From: Candidatus Zixiibacteriota bacterium
Lineage (GTDB): Bacteria > Zixibacteria > MSB-5A5 > UBA10806 > 4484-95
Direction of reading: 5' to 3'
Assembly (NCBI GenBank): GCA_029932605.1
Contig: JAOZPT010000024.1
Coordinates: 1 to 16,975, forward strand
Length of the DNA stretch: 16,975 nt
Shown: positions 1-8,682 of the stretch, one piece after another
Layout of the letters: each line of letters begins with the position of its first letter
Position numbering within the stretch: the first letter of the stretch is position 1
Program-made: the position numbers and the translations under genes
The notes under the pieces: generated by a model
Seen by the model: the letters and a program-made list of their open reading frames with translations, nothing else
The model's database searches: none
What the model was told of the DNA's origin: nothing

Positions 1-657
1 GGGATTACGCTAGCGGGAGGGCACAGTATTGATTCGCCAGAACCCATTTTTGGTCTGGCGGTTACTGGCATTGTCGATATTGATCAACTCAAACAGAATG
101 ATACCGCAAAAGCAGGCGATCATATTTATCTGACAAAACCTCTGGGTTCGGGTTGTATAACCACAGCCCTTAAGGCAGACAAAGCACCGGCTGAGGTGGT
201 TGCTAAGGCAGTTGAGATAATGGTCACTCTCAACAAGGATGCTTCCGAGTCGGCTATAAAGGCCGGTGTGAAGTGTGCCACTGATGTTACAGGTTTTGGC
301 TTTTTGGGTCATCTTCTGGAGATGATGATGGCCTCGAAAACATCGGCTGTTGTTTATCTGGATAGGGTGTCGCTTATGGATGGGGTTGTGGAACTGGCAA
401 AAGAGCAGACATTCCCCGGTGGCACAGGGGTTAATCTTATATATGTTGATAAACATGCGCTATGGGATAAAAAAATAACGTTGGAGGAAAAGAGGATTCT
501 CTGCGATGCCCAGACCTCGGGTGGCTTGCTATTATCGATAGCTAAAGATAATAGTAAAAAGCTTGAAGATGAGCTTACCAAAAGAGGTGTTCTGGTTTGT
601 TGTGTGGGTGAGATTATAAAAAAGGAAAAATGGTATCTAAAGATAAACAGAAGTTGA
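1..657 (+). CDS. selD: Selenide, water dikinase (selenophosphate synthetase), 5'-truncated by the window edge
   Basis: Frame 1 is open from base 1 (the ORF track starts it only at 196): GITLAGGHSIDSPEPIFGLAVTG...LTKPLGSG...ATDVTGFGFLGHLLEM...LCDAQTSGGLL, all canonical SelD motifs. Stop TGA at 655-657. Adjacent to selA and selB. Confidence 0.97.
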   Translation, partial: GITLAGGHSIDSPEPIFGLAVTGIVDIDQLKQNDTAKAGDHIYLTKPLGSGCITTALKADKAPAEVVAKAVEIMVTLNKDASESAIKAGVKCATDVTGFGFLGHLLEMMMASKTSAVVYLDRVSLMDGVVELAKEQTFPGGTGVNLIYVDKHALWDKKITLEEKRILCDAQTSGGLLLSIAKDNSKKLEDELTKRGVLVCCVGEIIKKEKWYLKINRS

Positions 658-1991
658 GGAATATTCCAGCCGTATCGACAATACTTGAGAGAAAAGATAT
701 AAAGGCGTTAGTACCAAGGTGGTCGTTTACTTATGTATCTTATGAGGCGAAGAAACAGGTTTTGCTTTCACGTAAAAAAGCGCAAAAAACAGGCAAAGTC
801 GAGGGCATTGATGCCATTGCTCAAAAGATCATAAACTCTTTTACCAATAAACAGACCACTCTTATTAAACCAGTAATTAACGCTACAGGGGTTGCTCTTC
901 ATACAAACCTTGGCAGGGCTCCACTAGATGAGGCTTTGATGAAGACCGTTTGTGATAACAGCGTATCATATTGCAACCTTGAGTTCGATTTAGCTTTTGG
1001 TAAAAGGTCCAAGAGAGGAACGCTGGCAGGTGAGATGGCGGCGGTGCTGGCAGGAGCTGAAGCAGGAGTCGTTGTTAATAACAATGCTGGAGCTGTGCTT
1101 CTGGTGGTTAGTTGTTTTGCTAGGGATAAAGAGGTGTTGGTATCGCGGGGAGAACTGGTGCAGATAGGTGGTGGTTTCAGAATACCGGAGATATTAATTG
1201 CATCCGGTGCAAGATTAAAGGAGGTTGGTACTACTAACCGCACAGTGCTGATGGATTATTCAAAAAGTGTAAATGAAAATACCGGTCTGATTATGAAAGT
1301 CCATAAATCGAATTTCGAGATAAAGGGTTTTGTCGAGGAGGTTTCTCCCTCTGAACTATCGACTCTGGCCCGAAAAAAACGCATTCCTATGCTTTATGAC
1401 CTCGGTTCGGGAATGGTTGATAGTTTTGGTTTGCCCGAGTTTAAGGCCGAACCCGATATTGCCTCGGCTATAAGGTCAAATTCAGACATGGTCTGTTTTT
1501 CCGGAGATAAACTTTTGGGTGGCCCACAGGCAGGAATTATAATTGGTAGGGGAAAATACATAACCGCTCTTCGGAACCATCCATTGTATCGACCGTTGCG
1601 TCCCGACAAGCTCTGTTTGAGCGCTCTTGAACAAACGTTATTGGCATACCTCGTAGCCCCAGAAAAGATAAAATTAAAAAGTATTTTCGAGCAGGGAATA
1701 TCGCGCCTTGAAGAGAGAGCCAAGCATATTTCCTTTGAACTTGGCTTAGATTATGTCACACCATCGCCGTTGAAAAGTACCGCCGGCGGTGGTTCCACCC
1801 CATCGATAAATTATGATAGTTATGGACTTGTTGTCAGAAAAAACATCGAGAAACTTGATATAAAACTTAGAAACTTCGATCCCCCTGTAGTTGTCCGCAA
1901 GGGCAAGGACAAAATCATGCTGAATTTAAGCACTGTTTTACCTGGTCAGGATGATTTGTTGTTGAAAGCATTGAGATCATGTTTGTTGTAG
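630..1991 (+). CDS. selA: L-seryl-tRNA(Sec) selenium transferase (selenocysteine synthase)
   Basis: VINATGVALHTNLGRAPL, NLEFDL, VVVNNNAGAV, SRGELVQIGGGFRIPE, EVGTTNRT, and the PLP-lysine motif FSGDKLLGGPQAG. Overlaps the selD end by 28 nt. Confidence 0.97.
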   Translation: MVSKDKQKLRNIPAVSTILERKDIKALVPRWSFTYVSYEAKKQVLLSRKKAQKTGKVEGIDAIAQKIINSFTNKQTTLIKPVINATGVALHTNLGRAPLDEALMKTVCDNSVSYCNLEFDLAFGKRSKRGTLAGEMAAVLAGAEAGVVVNNNAGAVLLVVSCFARDKEVLVSRGELVQIGGGFRIPEILIASGARLKEVGTTNRTVLMDYSKSVNENTGLIMKVHKSNFEIKGFVEEVSPSELSTLARKKRIPMLYDLGSGMVDSFGLPEFKAEPDIASAIRSNSDMVCFSGDKLLGGPQAGIIIGRGKYITALRNHPLYRPLRPDKLCLSALEQTLLAYLVAPEKIKLKSIFEQGISRLEERAKHISFELGLDYVTPSPLKSTAGGGSTPSINYDSYGLVVRKNIEKLDIKLRNFDPPVVVRKGKDKIMLNLSTVLPGQDDLLLKALRSCLL

Positions 1992-3844
1992 GCACAGCTG
2001 GTCATATCGATCATGGCAAATCAGCGTTGGTGAAAGTGCTATCTGGTATTGATCCCGATCGCCTTCCCGAGGAAAAAGAACGTGGCTTGACCATCGACCT
2101 GGGTTTTGCCTGGTTTGATTTGCCCTCAGGTGAATCTGTGGGAGTTGTTGATGTGCCCGGGCATGAGAGATTTATAAAGAATATGGTGGCTGGTGTTGGC
2201 AGCATTGATGCGGTGATGTTTGTTGTTGCTGCTGATGATGGCTGGATGCCGCAATCGGCTGAACATCTGGATATCCTTTCGCTGTTGGGCATCAAAACAG
2301 GTATCGTTGTCTTGACCAAAATAGACCTTGTCGATTCCGAATACCTGACACTTCAAAAAGAGGATATCGCCTCAAGGTTGAAAGGGTCTTTTCTTGAAAA
2401 TGCACCTATAATCCCTTTTTCGGCTAAGGATAATTCTGGTAGGGAGGATGTATTAAATTCTCTTCAAAAGATTTTGGACCGTGATGTGCAAAGATTCTCT
2501 ATAGGTTCCCCCCGTCTTTATATAGACCGTAGTTTTATTATCAAGGGCATGGGTACAGTTGTTACCGGCACTCTTATTGAGGGGGAGATAAAACTTGGTC
2601 AGGAGCTTCAGGTGTGCCCGTCAGGTCGCAAAGTAAGGGTTCGGGGTCTGCAAACGCATAAGAAGCCGATTGAGGTTGCTCAACCTGGAAGCAGGGTGGC
2701 GGTTAATTTAACCGGCGCTGGTAAGGATGATACGCCTCGTGGCTCAGCTTTGGTTTTACCGAAACATTTCAAACCAACAAGTTCAATGGGGGTTAAGATA
2801 AGGGTGTTGCCTAGTATAAAACATCCGCTCAGAAACGCTTCGGAGTTGATGTTCTTGCTCGGCACATCGGTCACCCATTCGAGGCTACGATTATTTGGTA
2901 AAAATCAGTTGGTTGCGGGAGATGAAGACTTTGCGGTTTTCCGCCACAAAAAGGAAATTTGTTGTCGTATTGGTGATAAATTTATCGTAAGACAGATAAG
3001 TCCACCCATGACAGTGGCAGGTGGTGAGGTGCTATATTGGGATTTTTCATCGATTAGAAAAAGTAAAGTCATACAACTTGAAATACTAAAAACAAGAGAG
3101 AAACTTGACGTAGCCTCTGTAGTTCGTTCGGAACTTATAAATGATAAAAATCTCGATGTGTCGAAGTTGAAAGTTAACAGTTGTTTTACTCAGGAACAAA
3201 TTGATAGCTATCTCTCTAAAGCGAAAGATATCGTTCGAGCCGGAGGAGTTTTAATTGAAAAGAGGCATCTTGAGAAATACTTCAAGCCAGCCTTGGAGGT
3301 TCTTGAAGAAAGCCACAGATTGCGTCCCTGGAGCTTGGGTATATCGGTGGGGGAACTTTCGCGCAAACTTAAGATTCCCGCTGGGGATGTCGAGGAGGTT
3401 GTATCATATCTGCTTTCAAAAGGTTCTGTTGTGCAAGAGTCCGGACTTTTGAAACTTGATGGTCATACACCTCATTTAGGACCAGCACAACAACAACTTG
3501 CCGGTAAACTCAATGCTAGGCTTTCGGCCAGCCCTCTTGCTTCCCCTACAAAAAAGGAATTTATCGAGGAGGATCCAGCTTACGAGATAGTGATAAATTT
3601 TCTTCGCGATAAAGGGGATGTAGTAGAGCTGAAAAATGGTGTATTATTGACATCAAAGGATTTTAAAAGTATAACCGAGAGCGTGATTGCTTATATTAAA
3701 ACAGAAGGTAAAGTCACCGCTTCTCAAATAAAAGAGAAGTTGAAGACAACTCGAAAATACACAATCCCTCTTTTGGAAAAACTCGATTCTCTTGGAGTCA
3801 CCAGCAGGGACGGTGATTTTAGAAGGTTAGGTGGGAATTTATGA
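1979..3844 (+). CDS. selB: Selenocysteine-specific translation elongation factor
   Basis: GTAGHIDHGKS P-loop, DRLPEEKERGLTIDLGFA, DVPGHERF, TKID (G4), and a C-terminal SECIS-binding winged helix TTRKYTIPLLEKLD...RDGDFR. Confidence 0.97.
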   Translation: MFVVGTAGHIDHGKSALVKVLSGIDPDRLPEEKERGLTIDLGFAWFDLPSGESVGVVDVPGHERFIKNMVAGVGSIDAVMFVVAADDGWMPQSAEHLDILSLLGIKTGIVVLTKIDLVDSEYLTLQKEDIASRLKGSFLENAPIIPFSAKDNSGREDVLNSLQKILDRDVQRFSIGSPRLYIDRSFIIKGMGTVVTGTLIEGEIKLGQELQVCPSGRKVRVRGLQTHKKPIEVAQPGSRVAVNLTGAGKDDTPRGSALVLPKHFKPTSSMGVKIRVLPSIKHPLRNASELMFLLGTSVTHSRLRLFGKNQLVAGDEDFAVFRHKKEICCRIGDKFIVRQISPPMTVAGGEVLYWDFSSIRKSKVIQLEILKTREKLDVASVVRSELINDKNLDVSKLKVNSCFTQEQIDSYLSKAKDIVRAGGVLIEKRHLEKYFKPALEVLEESHRLRPWSLGISVGELSRKLKIPAGDVEEVVSYLLSKGSVVQESGLLKLDGHTPHLGPAQQQLAGKLNARLSASPLASPTKKEFIEEDPAYEIVINFLRDKGDVVELKNGVLLTSKDFKSITESVIAYIKTEGKVTASQIKEKLKTTRKYTIPLLEKLDSLGVTSRDGDFRRLGGNL

Positions 3845-5427
3845 AGACTTTGTTTACAAATGCTTCCATTTATTCACCAGAGAGATTATGGGCTGATAGT
3901 TTAGCTGTTTGCGACGGCAGGATATTCGAGATCGGGAGTAAGGCTAAGCTTATGGGCCTAAAGCACCGTGGTTTTAAGGTTATTGATTTGAAAAGGAATG
4001 TTGTCTTGCCCGGATTTATCGATTCTCATCTTCATCTTTTAAGTACGGGTTACAACCTTTTGAGCATAGACTTGAGCGGTATTGATTCACTCGATAAGGC
4101 ATCATCATTGATAAGTAAAACCGCTAAAAAACTTGCTTCCGGGCATTGGCTTATAGGGAGGGGTTGGGATAAAAACCTTTGGGCTGATGATATGCCCGAC
4201 CGAGCTATACTCGACAGGGCATCCCCTAATAATCCAGCTATGTTTCATTCCAAAGATGGCCATATGTTGTGGGTTAATTCAGCTGTTTTGAAGTTATGTG
4301 GAATCTACCGGAATACGCCTGACCCGCCTGGCGGTTCTATCGGGCGCGATTCTGATGGTAAGCCGACTGGTATTTTATTTGAAAATGCATGTGAACTGGT
4401 AACATCTAAAATACCAGAACCCTCCATAGATTTAAAAATAAAGGCTCTTAGAAAAGCCGTTAAGAAATTAAATGGCTTGGGTATTGTCGGTATCAGCGAT
4501 TGTGATGGATACACTAACCGTTTGAGCTTGTTCAAACAGGCCCAGGAGAAAGATATCCTTTCGCTAAGAGTATTTATGATGCTGGCTCCTGACGATGTAA
4601 ATGCCGCTTCATCACTGGGTTTGAAAACCGGTTTCGGAGATGACTTTTTGAATATCGGATGTTTGAAGCTGTACATGGATGGTTCTTTGGGTTCACAAAC
4701 CGCCTGGATGTTTTCACATTACTTAGGCAAGACAGACAATCTTGGCGTTTCAACGATGTCAAATGATGAGCTGGAGATGTATTTTGAGAAAACACATATC
4801 CAGAGGATTTCATTGGCTATCCATGCCATTGGCGATAGAGCAAACTCTGAACTTTTGAAATTTTTCGGTAGAAAATATGCCATTTCCAAGAAACTTGGTT
4901 TGAAACACCGGATTGAACATGCTCAGGTGCTACGTAAAAGTGATATTCCAAAGTTTAAAAAATACAATGTTGCCGTTTCGGTTCAGCCGATTCATATCAT
5001 TGCCGACAGGGATTTAGCTGATAAACATTGGGGTAAAAGAGCAAAATATGCCTATCCGTATAGTATGCTTTTGAAAGCGGGCGCTCAGATGGGATTTGGT
5101 TCGGACAGTCCTATTGAAGATCCAAATCCATTTATGGGAATATATTCAGCCGTTGCAAGGAAAAAACCCGGTGAGGACAGGCCGGCCTGGTATCCCGAAC
5201 AGAAACTGACGGTGAAACAAGCGGTAAAAGCTTATACGGTGGGCTCGGCTGATATATGTGGCTGGCAAGGCAAATCCGGGATATTGGCAGAAGGTGCTCG
5301 GGCAGATTTCGTGGTAATTTCCGATGATATTTTTAGGATAAAACCAGATGAAATCCCTGACATTAAGGTTTTAGCGACCGTGGTTGATGGCCGGGTCGTT
5401 TACAATGACAGGTCGTTTATATTATGA
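3841..5427 (+). CDS. Metal-dependent amidohydrolase, amidohydrolase_3 / YtcJ-like family
   Basis: PGFIDSHLH (HxH), DGHMLWVNS, DPPGG..I.RD..GKPTGIL.E, KLYMDGSLGSQTA, IHAIGDRA, HRIEHAQ, FGSDSP, ADFVV. ATGA overlap with the selB stop. Confidence 0.9.
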   Translation: MKTLFTNASIYSPERLWADSLAVCDGRIFEIGSKAKLMGLKHRGFKVIDLKRNVVLPGFIDSHLHLLSTGYNLLSIDLSGIDSLDKASSLISKTAKKLASGHWLIGRGWDKNLWADDMPDRAILDRASPNNPAMFHSKDGHMLWVNSAVLKLCGIYRNTPDPPGGSIGRDSDGKPTGILFENACELVTSKIPEPSIDLKIKALRKAVKKLNGLGIVGISDCDGYTNRLSLFKQAQEKDILSLRVFMMLAPDDVNAASSLGLKTGFGDDFLNIGCLKLYMDGSLGSQTAWMFSHYLGKTDNLGVSTMSNDELEMYFEKTHIQRISLAIHAIGDRANSELLKFFGRKYAISKKLGLKHRIEHAQVLRKSDIPKFKKYNVAVSVQPIHIIADRDLADKHWGKRAKYAYPYSMLLKAGAQMGFGSDSPIEDPNPFMGIYSAVARKKPGEDRPAWYPEQKLTVKQAVKAYTVGSADICGWQGKSGILAEGARADFVVISDDIFRIKPDEIPDIKVLATVVDGRVVYNDRSFIL

Positions 5428-6014
5428 ATTTTTATGATTTGATAAAAGGTCATCGTAGCGTACGTCACTTTTCCGGTAGGCCTGTAGCGAAAGAGAAGAT
5501 CGATAGGGTTATTCAGGCAGGTTTATGTGTGCCGTTAGGCGCTGATAAAGCTCCGTTGAAGTTGATAGTGGTTTGCGAGCGTGAGACCAAGCAGAAAATA
5601 AGGCTTGAAGCCGAGAAGATTGAGAGGGCGTTCAAGCGTGGTGCCGGCGGCAATAATGATTCGCACTCGTCTAAGTCCTCAATTTGTAAATCAAACTGGA
5701 AAATGCCGTTTTTGGAGGAGGCACCTTGCTTAATTATTGTTTGCGGGCAGTCGGGTCAACCATACCAGGCAGCATCCACCTGGCTGGCTTTGGGCAATAT
5801 GATGCTTAAAGCGAACGAGGAGGGGCTTGGTTCGTTGTGTTACAGTCCAACGTTAAATACATTCCTTCGCAAAATACTTAATATACATCCACAATTTATA
5901 CCGGTGGCTATCATGCCTTTGGGATATTGCGCTGAGGGGTTATTTCCAAGGATGCCCCCGGAAGAGGAGAAAGTCTTTAAAAACATCCTGAACGGACGTT
6001 TTAAATGGCGTTAG
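5424..6014 (+). CDS. Nitroreductase-superfamily FMN protein, iodotyrosine dehalogenase (IYD)-like
   Basis: N-terminal HRSVRHFS, KQKIRLEAEKIER lid helix, NWKMPFLEEAPCLIIV, STWLALGNMML..EEGLGS..YSP, MPLGY. ATGA overlap with the amidohydrolase stop. Nitroreductase fold is confident; the IYD subgroup is assigned from recalled motifs. Confidence 0.85.
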   Translation: MNFYDLIKGHRSVRHFSGRPVAKEKIDRVIQAGLCVPLGADKAPLKLIVVCERETKQKIRLEAEKIERAFKRGAGGNNDSHSSKSSICKSNWKMPFLEEAPCLIIVCGQSGQPYQAASTWLALGNMMLKANEEGLGSLCYSPTLNTFLRKILNIHPQFIPVAIMPLGYCAEGLFPRMPPEEEKVFKNILNGRFKWR

Positions 6015-6091
6015 GGGAGCTGATGATGGCTCATGAGAGACTAAAAACATTATAAGAACATCCTCAACTCTAAAAATTACATTTCAAAGTT

Positions 6092-6457
6092 ATGAAAATA
6101 AATGATACTTATACTGGTGCAACACAAAATATATTGAGATGGGTATGGGATACATTAGCAGAAATTTCAGATGAAGTTGGAACTGAAGAAAATGGAGAAT
6201 ATTTGCTGGCGTATGAAGGTTGGGGTGAATTTTGTTTTTGTAATATGCATAACTTGAAGAAATCTCATGTTGATAATGAAAATATTTTTTTTAAATATGC
6301 ACAAGAGCAATCATACCTTATAATTAATGAATGGGCCGAAGCGCGAAAAAATACTCATAGTTTGATTGATAGTGGGTATGAGCCTACAGGACTTTATGGG
6401 GTTACTTGGGCTTTATTTAAAAAATTAAAATCACTGAAATATGCAAATGATGTTTGA
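6092..6457 (+). CDS. Hypothetical 121-aa protein in an AT-rich island
   Basis: Open 121-codon frame with strong A/T third-position bias in ~30% GC DNA, where long chance ORFs are unlikely. No recognised motif and no Shine-Dalgarno before ATG 6092. Confidence 0.6.
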   Translation: MKINDTYTGATQNILRWVWDTLAEISDEVGTEENGEYLLAYEGWGEFCFCNMHNLKKSHVDNENIFFKYAQEQSYLIINEWAEARKNTHSLIDSGYEPTGLYGVTWALFKKLKSLKYANDV

Positions 6458-6516
6458 AATATTACTTATAAGACTGACATGAATATCAGGTTTAATACTT
6501 TATTGCTTCATCACCG

Positions 6517-6545
6517 TTGACTTTCCCTTTAGATTTTGCTAAAAT
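6517..6545 (+). promoter_or_regulatory. Sigma70-type promoter of the rnr operon
   Basis: TTGACT (6517-6522), 17-nt spacer, TAAAAT (6540-6545), preceded by an extended -10 TG (6537-6538). Confidence 0.7.
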
Positions 6546-6555
6546 ATATTTCAAG

Positions 6556-8682
6556 ATGCATAAGTACACTCTTGATGAGATAAAAAGAGTATTAACAAAC
6601 TGTTCGCGGCCGCCGAAGATACGGGAATTAGCCCGGATGATGAATGTCGGTCAGGATGAATATCGAACGTTTCGGCGGTTGTTGAAGGATGCTTTAAGCG
6701 ATGGCGAGATTGAGCGTCTTCGGGGCGGGCGGTTAGTTTTGCAAAGCTATGCCGGTAAGGTCAAAGGTAAGCTGGTTGTGGCTCGCTCAGGCTTTGGCTT
6801 TGTAATTCCGGATGACCATGATGAAGAGATATTTATCTCCGAGCGTGAGCTTGGCGGGGCGTTTCACGGCGAACATGTGATAGTTGAACTGAAACATTTC
6901 CGGCTTGGCCGAAGTCGTGAGGGCAGAATCGTCAAGGTCTTGAATCGTCAGGGAAAACAGCTTGTAGGCAAGCTCGAAAAAGACCGTCACGGTTGGCGTT
7001 TGAATCCCGATGACCCACGTATCATCACCAAAATCGAACTTGAAAACCCGGATGGTTTTGCTGTGAAGCCCGGGTATGTGGTGGTGGTTTGCCTGGACCA
7101 GTGGCGCGCCGATTACCTTCCCCCAACAGGGCGGGTAGTCGAGGTTCTTGGTCCGGCGGGCACACCCGGTGTCGATATAGATGCGCTGGTGAAATCATCA
7201 GGTGTACCGGTTGATTTCTCTCGCCAGATCCTGACTGAAACCCGAGGGATAAAACGTGTCATTCCCAAATCAGAGTATAAAAGGCGTGTTGACCTGCGTC
7301 ACTTAAAAGTTTTCACAATTGATCCTGCCGATGCTAAAGATCACGACGATGCGGTAAGCTTGGAGAAGTTGCCTGAGGGGTTGGTTCGCCTGGGTGTGCA
7401 TATCGCTGATGTATCTTATTATGTTAAGTCGGAAACCCTGCTTGACAGAGAGGCTTTACTCCGCGGTAACTCGATATATCTGGTTGACAGGGTCATCCCC
7501 ATGCTTCCAGAGAAGCTTTCCGCCGACTTATGCAGTCTGCATGAAGGGGTGGACAGATTGGCTCTGAGTGTGTTGATCTATTTCGATTCTAAAGCTCTGG
7601 TAAAAAAATATGAAATTGTTGAAAGTATAATCAACAGCAGAGCCTCGTTAAATTATAAGGAAGTTCAGGATTGCCTTGATGGTAAACCATCACCGAAACT
7701 TAAAGGTTATACAGGTGATTTGTTAAAGATGAGTGAGCTTGCCGGTAAGTTGAAAGCTCGGAGGATTAAAAAGGGAAGCCTTGATTTCGACCTGCCCGAG
7801 CCAAAGGTTGTTCTCGATCCGGAGGGCAATGTTGTGGATATATTTCGTTACCCTCGTTTCGATAGCCATCGTCTTATTGAGGAGTTTATGCTGGTGGCAA
7901 ACTGCGTTGTGGCAAAAGCAATGGAGGCAATATCAGCACCCATATTATATCGGGTTCATGATAAACCCGATAAGCTTAAAATCAATGACTTCGCCGAGCT
8001 TTTGAGTAAGATGGGTTACAAATTTAGTTTCAAAGGTGAAATTACCCCCAAGAAATTCCAAAGGGTATTGAATCATGTAGCGGGCAAAAAGGAGGAACAG
8101 TTTGTTAATAAGCTGCTCTTGAGGTCGCTGGCCAAGGCTTTGTATCAACCTGAAAATATCGGCCATTTCGGACTAGCTTTCGATAGTTATACCCATTTTA
8201 CCTCGCCTATCAGACGGTATCCCGATTTGCACCTTCATCGTGTGGTGAAGTTATACATCAATAAAAAATTGACGTCAGATGCGGCAAAGAAGTTGAGAGG
8301 TGGTTTGAAGAACGTCGGGTTGCATTGTTCTCAAACGGAGCTCCAGGCCGATGAGCTTGAGCGAGAATCTATCAAAATTAAGATGGTGGATTATTTTTAT
8401 AACCAAATAGGCTCCGTCTTTTGGGGAACCGTTTCCGGGGTGGTTAATTCGGGTTTATTTGTGGAGGTTGATAATTTGCTGGTTGAAGGTTTCATGCCTT
8501 ATTTTTCTATTGGTGATGATTATTATGTTTATGATGAGAAAAAACACCAAGCAGTTGGTCGTAGATTGAAAAAATGTTTTCGTCTTGGTGACCGTATTGA
8601 AGTAGTGGTGGCCAGAGTTGATAAAGAAAAACGTGAGATAAATTTCTTCCCCGCTTTTAAACTTGGCAAGAGAAGACGATGA
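6556..8682 (+). CDS. rnr: Ribonuclease R
   Basis: N-terminal HTH (KIRELARMM), cold-shock domain (GKLVVARSGFGFV), RNB catalytic motif TIDPADAKDHDDA, HRLIEEFML.AN, GHFGLA..YTHFTSPIRRYPDL, C-terminal S1 domain. Start placed at the in-frame ATG 6556 because the track's TTG 6517 is the -35 box. Confidence 0.95.
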   Translation: MHKYTLDEIKRVLTNCSRPPKIRELARMMNVGQDEYRTFRRLLKDALSDGEIERLRGGRLVLQSYAGKVKGKLVVARSGFGFVIPDDHDEEIFISERELGGAFHGEHVIVELKHFRLGRSREGRIVKVLNRQGKQLVGKLEKDRHGWRLNPDDPRIITKIELENPDGFAVKPGYVVVVCLDQWRADYLPPTGRVVEVLGPAGTPGVDIDALVKSSGVPVDFSRQILTETRGIKRVIPKSEYKRRVDLRHLKVFTIDPADAKDHDDAVSLEKLPEGLVRLGVHIADVSYYVKSETLLDREALLRGNSIYLVDRVIPMLPEKLSADLCSLHEGVDRLALSVLIYFDSKALVKKYEIVESIINSRASLNYKEVQDCLDGKPSPKLKGYTGDLLKMSELAGKLKARRIKKGSLDFDLPEPKVVLDPEGNVVDIFRYPRFDSHRLIEEFMLVANCVVAKAMEAISAPILYRVHDKPDKLKINDFAELLSKMGYKFSFKGEITPKKFQRVLNHVAGKKEEQFVNKLLLRSLAKALYQPENIGHFGLAFDSYTHFTSPIRRYPDLHLHRVVKLYINKKLTSDAAKKLRGGLKNVGLHCSQTELQADELERESIKIKMVDYFYNQIGSVFWGTVSGVVNSGLFVEVDNLLVEGFMPYFSIGDDYYVYDEKKHQAVGRRLKKCFRLGDRIEVVVARVDKEKREINFFPAFKLGKRRR

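Noticed and set aside
6010..6500. Integron gene cassette (GTTAGGG core-like site at 6010 before the orphan ORF)
   Set aside because: The site is just the nitroreductase stop region. There is no RYYYAAC inverse core or attC palindrome after the ORF and no integrase.
6455..6520. Selenocysteine readthrough of the orphan ORF's TGA using a downstream hairpin (ctga...tcag)
   Set aside because: The stem is short and mismatched, and the extension (NITYKTDMNIRFNTLLLHHR) has no redox-motif context.
6015..6555. tRNA-Sec (selC) next to the sel operon
   Set aside because: No cloverleaf, no TCA anticodon arm and no GTTCGA T-loop in either intergenic stretch; selC must lie elsewhere.
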